Source: Pelomyxa schiedti (Eukaryota > Protista > Evosea). Taken from it: 64,000 nt of DNA. The stretch spans positions 26,954 through 90,953 of the forward strand of contig JAHLWZ010000832.1 in the NCBI GenBank assembly GCA_020536535.1, in the 5' to 3' direction. How positions within the stretch are numbered: the first letter of the stretch is position 1; each line of letters begins with the position of its first letter. The notes under the pieces were generated by a model. The model had not been told where the DNA came from. It did not search any database and was given only the letters and a program-made list of their open reading frames with translations. The position numbers and the translations under genes are program-made. This document shows positions 1 through 11,456 of the stretch, piece after piece.

Positions 1-543
1 AAGCCAAATGCCATCATAACCTTCATACAGAATCACCAATAGCATCGATATTTGTGACACTTACTGCTGCAACGGCGATAACAACTATGCCAATGTCACG
101 GGTTGATAGAAGTATGCACTTTGTTGTTGGCCAACACATGTTTTTACTTTTGTGCTTTAATCTGTTGATTTTTCAGGCAAAGGTTGCGTTGGTGGTTAAT
201 CTGAGAAGCAATAGCTAAATGCATACTTGTATTTAAATTTACAGACGTCACAGAAGTGCATACTCAGAGGGTTGCTGCTCACAGTACGCCACATGTCCAA
301 ACACTCACGGTGCACCCACTATCAAAAACAAAATTAGAGCATTGTATAACATAAAAACAGTGGCTCCAAAGCGTGAAAAAGAAGCCAACAAAAAGGGGAG
401 GAAAAAACCAAAAAAAAAAAGGAGTAAACCTTAATGGAGCCCGAACAATGACATGGGGCAATGAGATCTCCGCCTGGCTCGTGGCAATTGCGACACACTG
501 GCTCCTCACTGTCGTTGATGATCGATGTCATAACAGCTTCCAT
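1..543 (-). CDS. RING-CH (RINGv/MARCH-type) E3 ubiquitin ligase, 3' end runs off the window
   Basis: Spliced reading gives CRNCHEPGGDLIAPCHCSGSIK|WVHRECLDMWR...HFCDVCKFKY, the C4HC3 RING-CH signature, followed by hydrophobic segments. Confidence 0.85.
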
Positions 544-849
544 TCCGCCTTACTGTCAATAACTTGTGATTGTTTATAAAATTGGACTTCTTTTAGGCCC
601 TGTCACTTTAACGGCACCCCAGGCCCCCATCACAAACCTAAAAACGAACGGACACAGAAGGCGAGAGGAAAGATCCTCTCCCCAGAGGAAGATGTTCCAT
701 AAGATCCCACAGTAAATCTAAATCAAGTTGGGAGCAGAAAAGCCTGAGAAGTAGATCCCCGGCCCATTTCGTTTTGCCGTATGCGATCAAAACAGTAAAA
801 ATAGTAAGACAACCAAGCTGCGAAGCACGACACAGTACCGGTATCTCGT

Positions 850-2461
850 ATGACCATCGCAAAAGGTGCAGGTCCCGCCTAATTTCTCCCGCCGTCGCGG
901 GCCGACACGCCCGCCGACGCGCCAATCTGATTTGTTGCATTCATTTCTAATTGTGCTTAACACCTCACCCTTTTGTTGTTACCAGCAACCGCGCCACCTC
1001 CGCAATCGTCGGGCCCGGATTCCTCTTCCTCGTCAGAATCTTCGTCCTCTTCATCGTCCGAGAGCGAGAGCGAGAGCGAGACCGAGACCGAGACCGCCGA
1101 TACTCCGAGTGCCCGCCTCGATGCGGCGCACGGAAGCACGCCAGCAGTAGCAGATTCGATCGTGCCGCGAAACCACGCGGAGCCGTACGCGTGCCCAGGG
1201 TGCAAACAATACTCGGCGGCGCAGGGCTGGTCCGAGTTCGCGAGCAGGGTTTCCGCCGTCGCCAGTCTCAAACACCACCTCAAAGTGTGCCCCGATTGGC
1301 GTAAACTGACCGGGCTGCGCAGCGAACCTTCCAAGCCCAAACGGCAGAGTCTGAGACTGAAGAAGGAACTGTTGGCCACCCAAACAAACCAGACTGGAAC
1401 CGTTACTACGGAGGGGAGGCCGAAACGGACGAGGATTGCAAGAGCTGCTGCCTCGCCAAAGTATGGCGATGATACAGTTACTCTGGACGATACGGTGATA
1501 CTGGAGGATCCTAATCCTAGTGAGTTTGTGGAAAACAAGTTCAAACTGGCGGAAGATATTGTCCCCAAAGGCCCTGCTACCCCCTATTCGTGCCCGCTAT
1601 GCACTAACTATGTGAGGAGTTCTGGTTGGTCATGCTATAAAAAAAGGAACAGCGCTGTTGGCAGCCTCAAGCAACACATGGCTAGGTGCTATGCAAAGAT
1701 GTACAAGGAGCCGGGGCAACCACCATCAAAAAATGTAAATGTAAACAGTGGAAGGGAACGACCGCAACCAGAACTTACACCATCCAAAACTGTGACATGG
1801 GCCAAAGCCAGTCTTCTTGTCCCTCTTGAATCGCACATTCCGTTTCAGTGCCCCGACTGTGAAAGCTACAAATCAACAGGATGGGCTGAATATGTATACA
1901 GGCGTTGGGCTGTGAGCTATCTGCAACAGCACTTAAATAGAGAGTGCCCCAAGACCCACAATGAAACTACCTTAAAATCAGACAAAAGTACACCTACCAA
2001 ACAGGTAACTACAAAGCCCGAAACTTCAACAAAACCGGTCCAGCCAACACAGCCTTCTCCAGAAAAACCAGGCTCTCAGAGAACAGAACCTGAAGCTCCG
2101 AAACAAGTAACTTCCCCAAAGCAGCCGGAAACTCCAACAGAACCGAATACTTCCAAATCCCCTGCACAGCCCAAAGCCATAGAACTAGCAAAACCAACAG
2201 AAGCCACAACAAAACCGGCTGCACCAGGAACTGCCCCAGCACAACCAGATAGTTCAAAAACACCTTCAAATCCACCATCCTGTGCCACTCCAACTGACCA
2301 GTGCGTATCCGAGGAGAATCCCAGTTCACTTCCCACTGTGTGTTTTTCTCATGGATCACTTGTTCTGGCTTTCGATTTACCCTTTTGATAAGGTTCGACC
2401 CCACGGCAATGTGTCTGCAGAAGTCTCACGTCCGGCTCACAAGCGTCAAAGGGCACTTTGA
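850..2461 (+). CDS. Protein with three C2HC zinc-finger-like repeats and Ser/Pro/Thr-rich regions
   Basis: ATG at 850, phase-1 intron 866-986 joins into the 471-aa ORF, and a short last exon ends at TGA 2459-2461. Three copies of PYxCPxC-x6/7-GW-x5-R-x2-AV-x2-L-x2-H-x3/4-C. Confidence 0.7.
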
Positions 2462-2626
2462 ACAGGAAAAATTGGGATTTGTAGATACAGACAAAGAACA
2501 CAATAGAAATTTTTTTGTTTTATTGCCTTTTTACCCAAAGGTTCCTTCCTCACTTTGGAAAAGTTTTTAGCCTTTACATTTGTTGTGTGCTGTTTGTTGT
2601 GGTGGCTGTGGCTCTGATTCGTGGGA

Positions 2627-4889
2627 TCAAAATCTTGGTGCTCTCCAGAGGCACAGTGCGTTGTCAGTGTTGCCTGCCAAAAAAGCAGGTGCATCACGCC
2701 AGTAGAAGGAAACCAGAGTCTTGATGCCCCTAGAGGCAAGCTTGGGAAGCCTTAGTTCAGATAGGGGGCTGGGGCTGCTTGTGGTTGGAGATGCTATTGT
2801 TGCTGTTGCTGTTGCTGTTGCTGTAGCTGTAGCTGTCGCTGTTGCTGTTGTTGTTGGGACAAGAAGCTCGCCACTGGTGGATATTGTCAAAGCAGCCGGA
2901 CCGCAGCCGGAGTTTGATCTCATTGACCGCGGGGTGGTGGGGTTGTATTGAGTGGATTGGGCAGAACCCGAACCGCTGACGGCGAGGGTGCTGATTCCGC
3001 TCTGCGAGAGGAAGGAACTCCCGCTAAAACTTCCGGAACCGGCCCCTGGTGAGCCACTTGCACCACCGTCGGATTGAGGAAGGGGAGGACTTGGCATTGG
3101 GAAGTTGAATTCGTGTATTTTGTTGAAGTGATTGGCTGGATCCCAGCATATCACTGCCCCACTCAAATCAGATGACAATACTAAATTCTGAAACATGCAT
3201 AAGCGAGTGACTTCTTTTTGATGAACAAGTTTCTTGATTTCCTGGGGAAAGTAAAAACCAATATCATGAATGATGTTCTGACTCCAACCTTCCCATCAGA
3301 GTTCATTACAAACATGGTGTTCCCACAAGCAACAAGCATGAGGAACCCAACTGGCTGCAAAGCACCCACTCGCCAACTTGTGTGGAGGGGAATCTCAGTG
3401 ACGGGGGCACTGTCAGAACTAGCAGAATTGGAAGGTAGGCTGGTAGAAATAATACGAATGAGATCAAAGCAGCCCAACCAGACGTGATTTCCCAAGAAAG
3501 CTATACTGTTTATCACCTGATTAACAGTAAGACGTCCTTTGACTTTACCACTCTTTTGACAGTGAGTACAAGAATGCTGTAATTGTAAACCAGACCTCTG
3601 TGATAATGACTATTTGACTGTTATTACTCGCTGGCGCACAGCTCCAAATTTCGGGATCAACCCCTGGGGATTCATTCACTACTAAGCATCGTACAAAACT
3701 ATGCTCTGCGTCATGGACCAGGTACTTCTTGCACTTAAATGTCTGGTGCAGCCATTAGTTTCAACACCTTGAGGTGGGATTAAGACCTTTGAGTTCACAG
3801 ACCAAACAGTGGATTGCTCACTGCTCACGAAAACGTTGTTTTTTACATGTACCATTGCGTAAATCCTTGATTTGTGGACTTGAATGGTATTTATAAGATC
3901 CAGATTTTGGGAATTCCACAAGGAAATAGCGCCCTCGGTTCCTCCAACCTGTAGAACATGAGAAAGAAATATCAATATTCACTTGGACAGACCCATATAG
4001 TACCGTCCACCACAAGAACACTACAGACCCGTCCACCAGGGACAGGGGGCAATGTCGTAGGCTCCAAATTAAACACAAGATGTGGCTAGATGTTAATCTC
4101 TTTCAGAAGAATTTAATTGAAGAACAAATGATACTTTTAGAGCTGCTCCCACAGCAGGTGTTACAGTGATCTAAGTGCGATTAGTGGTCACTTAATAGCA
4201 TATAATTTGACAACCTGATTAAGAAGGGAGGAAGATGAATTGGACATTGTCGAAGTGGCAGATATTGCGATAGGACGTAAAGCAGTACTAATTGGCTCAG
4301 GAGGAGGAGGGAGCGTATAAGGTGGGGTGCTAGTGTTACTGTGATGTTGTCCGTGCTCGGATTCGATGCTAGATTGAGCGCGGTGGTGGTGGTGATGGTG
4401 CTCGTGCTGCTCGCCTTCCGGATTCCTGGGACTTTTGAGGAGTCGTGCACTTCGCGGGGTAGTAGATACAGAACTTTTTTGTTGTTTTTGTTAGAATGAC
4501 AGCTACTAAAGTTGCACTTACGGGTCTGAACTCTGTGAGTCCTGGCCGATCGTTAGAGAAGGTAATTTAGGAATGTTTATCGTCAGTGTCCTAGCTGTCG
4601 AAAGAACAGTTGACTGTGAATTTTCTTCGGGTTCGTCGTCTTTCCCATGTTTGCTGTGTTTCGATTGCCTTTTGCTGTTGGAAGTATCACTGTCGTCTGT
4701 GGCAGTGGTCGTCGTATTAATAGTGTTTTCATTCGGGAGGGTGTGATGGCGCTGGGACTTCAAAACCAGCGGTTCGTCTTCAGTCGCGTCGGGGTGCTCT
4801 GGGTCTTCGTCTTTGTTGCTTGTATCAGCAGTGTTGTCTTTGTCTTGTTTGCGCCCTTGTTGTTCGTCCCCGATCGCGGCTTTGTCCAT
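2627..4889 (-). CDS. WD40/beta-propeller-like protein with low-complexity N-terminus (multi-exon)
   Basis: Exons encode blade-like segments (VGGTEGAISLWNSQNL, INSIAFLGNHVWLGC, LSSDLSGAVICWD, LAGNTDNALCLW). Confidence 0.65.
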
Positions 4890-5055
4890 TCAAGATCTTG
4901 AAACAAAAATGCAAAAAAAATGAAAAGAAAGAGCACAGAAAAGATCGTATGCACGGAAATCTGGTTTCGGCGCGTGATGTGCGCGCACACCCAAGAGAAA
5001 AAGCCAGATCCGGGGGATTTTGATTGACTTGACTTTTTGACGTGCTGCTCTTGGC

Positions 5056-7259
5056 CTAAGTTTTGCCAGCCAGTTGCTTGAAATAGTCGAGATTCCGGGC
5101 CACGGCGCCAGTAACGTTGTGGGGATCTACGACGGTTGCAGTGTCGGCGGCGAACGAGATCCACACGTGGTTGGAGAATGAAGTGACCGCAAATGTGCTG
5201 CTCACGTAGCCCACGGTGGGGTTGAGTCCAATAACGGCTCTCACTGGGTTGCCAAGGACGTACATCTGTTGATTGGGGTGAGTGCCCGCTTTTTTTTTTA
5301 GTATAATAAACACATGTTTATGATTAAAATTTATGATATGACAAATGGCGGATTTCGGTTGTGTTGGAGGGATGTCACTACACTTTATTTATTTACTTTT
5401 TGGCGTTACTTACCTGCTTTGCAGGACCAGGAATGCTGGCGTAGGCCAAGCTTGCCTAGAAAGGATCACAAGTAAAAGTAAATTGAAAGATGTAGATTTA
5501 GTGCTGAATGATGTACCTTGGTTGAGATTGTCTTGTGAAGGCTTGGGAGGACACATCGAGGGAGAAACCCAACAATTTTCCAAATTACAGTCCCAGATAT
5601 CAACTCTGACATTACCTTTTTGTGATCAAAGTTTCTATTGATAGTATTGGTTCTGCCCAAGTTAGGAGGTCATCTTACCTGTGGACTGTCTTTAGAACTT
5701 CCTCTGCGGAACCACTCCCTAAAGGAAGCTTCAAAGCAACTGTTCCAAACTGGTTTCCCACGATGAGAGAATTTGCAGTTGGAAGTCGCATATTTGGGGA
5801 CACTGCCATATGGATGGAAGGCGGCATTGCTGTTTTATTTGGATATTGCTCTTGCAAGGCGCAACAAATACAAGAAAGAATCTATGTCACATTGTAAGTC
5901 ATAGGGCAGGCTGGAATAGGGAACATACTAGACTGTTGAAGGAAGCATTTAAAGCGTGAGCAGTAGCTTTGTAGTCATCCAGAGTGCCCAAGTCACACCA
6001 AGCAACCCGGCACTCCCCTGTTCTCCATTACTTTTCACTTGATATTTTCAAGGATTTTGACCTGTTATATTTGGCAAGGCGGGGCGGAAGATCCCGTCAG
6101 GGTCTGCAGGTGTCATTCCTTGTCTCCAGAATGCAAAAAAGGATGCAAGAAACAGTTTGAGTGCATTTCCGCTTGAAATTTTATTGGCAATTCTATTTGC
6201 CATTTCTGTTGCCCAATGGGCGGCTTCCTTGACCCTACGGTGATGTGAATAGTCATTCTACTCCAACAGTACCTTACTCTAATCCTGTATCTGGCTTATC
6301 TGTCATCATGGATACCAAAATACTTGCAAACGCTATTCCATCAGCCACACAGTGATGGCATCTAAGAGAAAATGCCCAGCCCGAAACAGGAGGTGAGCCT
6401 CTACTGGAAGAAAAGCCACACTCAACCAAGTTAATATTCTCTATGACGTGGATCTAGTGAAGTATTTTTTTCTAAGCCTAGAAGGAGCTTATAGACCTCC
6501 CACAGTGGCTTCGAGAAATCTGTTGGCTTTGAACGAATTCTGGACAGAAGAGCCTCAAGTTCCGATTTCGATCCTAATGTCTCCAATTTAGTGGAGACTT
6601 TGAAAAAGGCAGGTCGTACGACCTGAACTTAATCGAGACACAGAGATGTGCTGGTCTAGATGCACAACACACCTTTCCCAAAAAAAACTCTAAGTACTTT
6701 CAGTGGGACAAATAATTGGAGGAAGGAAGTTACACACTTCTCTGTGTTTCCGTAAAGTTTGGTTCATTCTGGGTTTGTAAGTATAGTCGAAGCAAAAAAA
6801 AAAAGAGTTAATAGTACCTTTTTATAGCTCCAACTCGACTTTTGACAAGAGCAAAAAACTTGTTTCTCTCAAACATGCCCTCAATGACACAAAGGGCCTA
6901 CCAGGGGTATGAGAACACACCAAATAAATATTCCTTACCATTGGCATTACAGGACCTTTAGGTAAATCTGCCCTGGCCATGGCCAAGTCAAGAAACTCCA
7001 AATGGTCAGCACTCTCCGGAATTCTAAAAAAAACCTGATTTAGACCTGGAGACAGAAAAACATGTGGAAGCTACTCCAACACACCGTGGCCAACAGAACT
7101 GTGCACAGCAATATAATATTACTACTGCCCACCAAGGTAATATCAAGCAAGCCACCAACCAGTTACTCCCATACAACCTAACATTCTCCAATTAAAAAAG
7201 AAAGTTTGAGCACAGAAGGGGAACAGAGCGGCGAAAACAAAACCGGCCATAATTGGCAT
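5056..7259 (-). CDS. Wax ester synthase/diacylglycerol acyltransferase (WS/DGAT family)
   Basis: Catalytic HHxxxDG in WAFSLRCHHCVADGIAFASIL (~6325-6380). C-terminal domain motifs GNQFGTVALKLP and VTSFSNHVWISFAAD. Hydrophobic N-terminus. Confidence 0.85.
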
Positions 7260-7434
7260 GCTTGTATTTCCTTTTTGCTGCCACCCACAATAGCACACCC
7301 AACGTAAGCGAAAAGGCCCACTGCCAGTTTGTCATTTATTTGAAAGCACCGCTGTGTAAGTGTTCTGAAATTGAGGTGAGTGCGTGGTACGATGGACTTG
7401 ATGAGGGTGCAGCACTGACCTAAGCACCTAACCT

Positions 7435-8949
7435 ATGAAGAACCCGTTGGTCGTGGGACAGATTTGGCTTGCAATTCGTCCCTTGACCAATCAAGAGGTC
7501 AAATCAGAGGGAATCTGTGCTGCGAAAACTTTCTTTTTGTTGTTGATGGACGCATGCGGCCGATTCTGTGGGCTTGTGACCCAGTACGCCGACCGATTCC
7601 GGTTCCCAACTCCCAGCTTCGAGACCGCATCTGAAAACAAGCCAGATAAGGACGACGGGGGTGATAACGACAACGAGGACGAGAACGACGACGCCGACGA
7701 CGAGGAGCCTAAACGTGACGTGTCGAGAATTCCCAACTTGGCGTACTTGTGCTCCAGGCAAATTGCCTCGCGAATTGCATCCAACGCCAGGCACCGCAAG
7801 GCGACGCCTCGGGGCACCCAAAGTCCCAGCAGCCGCAGTTGCAATTCGACTGGAGATGAAAGGAATAAGGAGGGCGCGGGGCGAGTTCCGGAACCTGGTG
7901 GGGTTTCTTGTGGGAGCGCGGGCAATTGTGGGAGGAGCCAGGACGCCGTAGTCGGTGGGGATTTGGTTGCACTGCCGATTCCGTGCCAGGAGGGCATTTT
8001 GAACGCATCAAATGTGGTCAGTGAGTGGCTGGCCTGCAGGGACGCAATCCTACACGGCCCGGCGAGGCCAGAAGAATGCAATTGTGGGACCGCCTGCACC
8101 TGCGCCGGCAAGTCCTCTCGCTCCTCCCCTTCTTCTTCTTCTTCTTCTTCTTCTTCTTCTTCTTCTTCTTCTTCTTCTTCTTCGCGGAATGGCCTGGAGG
8201 ACATTTGCGGCGCCGTTGTGGATTCTAGTGCGGAAAATATTCTCAGTCGTGCGCAGAGGGCTGGGGTGCTTGTTCTGCCTCCGGGACACGAGATTTGCAA
8301 GTGCAGCCTCATGTCACAGGAGAGGCTGCTGTGGACGGCTTATTTCAACTCTGTGTGCTCGACCGAGGTGTGCTCGAACAAGGAGCGCCGCGCCGTGGTC
8401 GCGTGCAAGAGGGCCGTTGGGGGGATGTCCTACAACCTAGGGGAGACCGTGGACAAGATTATGGGAGGCGTTGTGGCCGCCGGCCTGCATCCCATTGGAG
8501 TAGGAGTTACTTGCCTGGCACTTCTTCTTGGTGCCAGAGTTCTATCCGCTCATCTCCGGAGAGTTGCTGCCAATGTTCTGAGGTTCGTTGGCCGGTGGGT
8601 GTTCACAAGGGGGATGCACCACATTGCCTGGAATTTGGAATCCTCGATCCCGGGCACCAGACTTAGCAGGAAAAGTGCACTATACCAGAACTGGTGGCCG
8701 CGTACCCCTGAATGGGTGACCAAGATTGTTGACTCTGTACACTGGCAGCTCACAGACCCCGGTCTATCATTTGACAACGCCGTGGCTGTAAGAAGTGCCG
8801 CCGTTGGTGTCACTGTTGTGTACATAGGATTGGTAGCTGTGAGGAAGTGGCTGGAAATACGTTCCAAGCGCAGACAAGCATGTGAATTGGCTGAGGCCTT
8901 CATGCTCTGGAAGCGTGGTGTATTGGGACCAACTACTAAAAAAGGCTGA
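7435..8949 (+). CDS. Intronless hypothetical protein with acidic and poly-Ser tracts and C-terminal hydrophobic segments
   Basis: 504-aa uninterrupted ORF (true start may be ATG 7546). Two putative TM helices near the C-terminus. No recognisable family. Confidence 0.65.
   Translation: MKNPLVVGQIWLAIRPLTNQEVKSEGICAAKTFFLLLMDACGRFCGLVTQYADRFRFPTPSFETASENKPDKDDGGDNDNEDENDDADDEEPKRDVSRIPNLAYLCSRQIASRIASNARHRKATPRGTQSPSSRSCNSTGDERNKEGAGRVPEPGGVSCGSAGNCGRSQDAVVGGDLVALPIPCQEGILNASNVVSEWLACRDAILHGPARPEECNCGTACTCAGKSSRSSPSSSSSSSSSSSSSSSSSSRNGLEDICGAVVDSSAENILSRAQRAGVLVLPPGHEICKCSLMSQERLLWTAYFNSVCSTEVCSNKERRAVVACKRAVGGMSYNLGETVDKIMGGVVAAGLHPIGVGVTCLALLLGARVLSAHLRRVAANVLRFVGRWVFTRGMHHIAWNLESSIPGTRLSRKSALYQNWWPRTPEWVTKIVDSVHWQLTDPGLSFDNAVAVRSAAVGVTVVYIGLVAVRKWLEIRSKRRQACELAEAFMLWKRGVLGPTTKKG
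8129..8183 (+). repeat. (TCT)n microsatellite encoding poly-Ser
   Basis: About 18 perfect TCT units inside the 7435-8949 ORF. Confidence 0.95.
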
Positions 8950-9032
8950 AGGGAACACACTGTGCAAGTCCAATTTAAATAGAAAACTTTTATGGTTTTT
9001 TTCTTGCTTTTTTCACTCAACAAAGAAAAGTG

Positions 9033-11067
9033 TCAACTTCTGTAAGGCACAAGACCTGGCAGTGATGAGGTGTGTATCTGTTCCAGGAACTCCACTGGAC
9101 GGGTAATAGCACCGGCAAATGTTGATGTGCTAACAACTACAAGGAAGTGCTCGTTGGCAGCCACTGCAATGTGGTCACCGCGATTATCAGAGGAGAATGT
9201 TGCACTGTGTGAGGAAACTTTTGTTGGGTGGTACATCAGCAGTCCAACTCCGACGTTGAGTGCTGGAGAGGGGGCATTCTTGCTGTTGCTGTTGGCAAAG
9301 AATGCTTTGAATTGTTGCACATAATTCTCAGTTATTAAAGGTAGGTTGGACTCTGCACATAGTCTGGAAAATATCTGGCGGCATATAAATAATAGAAGGG
9401 AAGTAACCAATATACCTGCTGCTCGTGGGAGATGAAGAATTCATTCCATGTTTTAGATACAAGACGCACTGACAGGAGTGATTTCACATCTAGGTTTCCC
9501 ATAATGTGTAGAGTCAATGCATTCCCAATAGCAGCGAATAAATGTGCCTCGGGTGATGTCACCTGTGGGTAGTGTAACCTAGAAGAGGAAAGTGGGTGTA
9601 AACCTTGTTGGGAGGCGTCATCCGTACGAACTTGCTGAAAGATTGTAAAGCTTCAAGGGAAGGAAACGAAATATTGTGGTGTGGACCATCTGAGAATTGT
9701 TTATCCCCAAGAAGCTTCCCATCAAGAGTGGAAACCAGCTTTATTCGAAATTAGAATGGAAGACAGCCAGTAAGTATCTTACAATGTAATTAATATCTTG
9801 CATGCTCTTCTGAGCCACATATCCAGAAAGAAGTGCATTCAACTGTTCATGTAATTCAATAGGTCCTCCACAAACACAACTTGTATCCAAAGCCATTGGA
9901 TGGTGAAGAAGCTGATGCATGCTTGGGATCATGGTGTGGTCGAGGGCGAAGTGCATTATCTGGGTTTTTTTTACTAAAGGCGCCGCCCAATAGAATTTTC
10001 CTTACTTGTGTTCGTGTTCGTGCAGAGAGGAAAGTAGCCAAATCTGGAACTCTTCTCAGGAATGCTTCCAATCCCTCAGCGTATCCTACAACAAATTATT
10101 TCTTTCTCCTTCACTTGAAACGGAAACCTGGAGCTTGCCGAATATGGAGAATAACTGATTCTGCACACTGTCCGATTGTCTCAGGAGAAGCAAACGGAAG
10201 CAGTTGATCAAGAGAAGGACCTTTGGAAAGGTTCATCAAAATCCTAAGACCAGATAAGAGTTTCTTGACATTTTGGTTGCTACTGTCTGATATCATCTTG
10301 TGTGTACGTCTGAGATTGCAGGACTTGAACAACAAAGTCAGTATCTTCATTATGCAGCTGGCTCTTTATCAAGGATTCGAGGATCTCTTTGTTGTACTTT
10401 GCTTTCATTTCGGGGGAGAACTTTGGGTAAACTAACTTCATTATCTTGCCACTTTTCGCAAAGATTCTAATTTAGGTGAAAGGAAGTCCCAAAATTATAT
10501 ATAGATACTACTTTGTGTACGCCTCCAAGACACCAGGCAGAGAAAGGTCCGGGTGCATAGAAGAAGCAAGGTCTGTCTGGAAAATTCAAAAGGAAGTTCT
10601 AGGTTGAAAGTACATACTATTTGAGTCGGAGATAGTGTGGGGCAATTAGCAATTGTGAGAAATAAATCAGAGTCCTCACTAGATTCAGTGACAATTTTCT
10701 TCAGTGCAGCACAATGTGGTGCATATTTAAGCATCAATAAAACCCAAGAATTTCTTTCCAAAGCGGAAGCTTCACCAATCAAGTCACCCTGAGACAATCC
10801 TTACAATTACAATAAATAAAATAAAATAAAATAAAAAAAGGAAAAAAAAACCATAGGGCTCCAATGTGGCCAATTATTGTTGTTTGCCCTGACCACGGCG
10901 GCTGCCCACGCGTCCCATAACTGTGCATCTGCGGCGGGAGATAACAATATCTCCCGACACACCTTTACGCCGCCCTCAGTTCCGGCGAATCTTATCAGCC
11001 TCGATACCGTTGCAGATCTCCCCTTGTTGTTTGCTGGTGCCGGTGCTGGGGGTGGCGGGGCTGACAT
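9033..11067 (-). CDS. Multi-exon protein with an F-box-like motif in its C-terminal third
   Basis: IGNALTLHIMGNLDVKSLLSVRLVSKTWNEF (~9445-9530) fits the F-box consensus. A chain of exons with GT-AG introns runs from ATG 11067. Confidence 0.6.
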
Positions 11068-11456
11068 TTCCTTCTATCAAGTCCGCCAACGCTGCGCTGG
11101 AAAAAAAACTTGGTGTTGTGGGGAAATTTCCCGGATCGTGTTCTTCGTGTTGCAGGACGTGATCATTGTGTCGTTTGGTTGGGTTTACCTGGAAGACATG
11201 ATTGAACATTCTTTGGTCAACGAGGTGCTTGGCAGTCCGGGGTATTAATTATGCCAAATTTCGGGACACGGGCTTAGGTAGGAGTGATACTCAGAGATCT
11301 CCATCCCATCAAAAGTCAACTTTGAGGGTGCAACTGTTTTTATTTTCGTTTCTTTTTTATTTTCGCGAAGACCTTTGGTGACAGGGAGGCACCACCCGTT
11401 ACGCAACAATAACGATAGATCCTTCACTATAAATTCATAACAGAGTAGAGAGTGAG

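Noticed and set aside
7491-8440. Long antisense/alternate-frame ORFs (poly-E, poly-L, poly-R), and similar ones at 957-1568, 24699-25373 and 39270-40053
   Set aside because: These are shadows of GC-rich, low-complexity or microsatellite coding sequence on the opposite strand.
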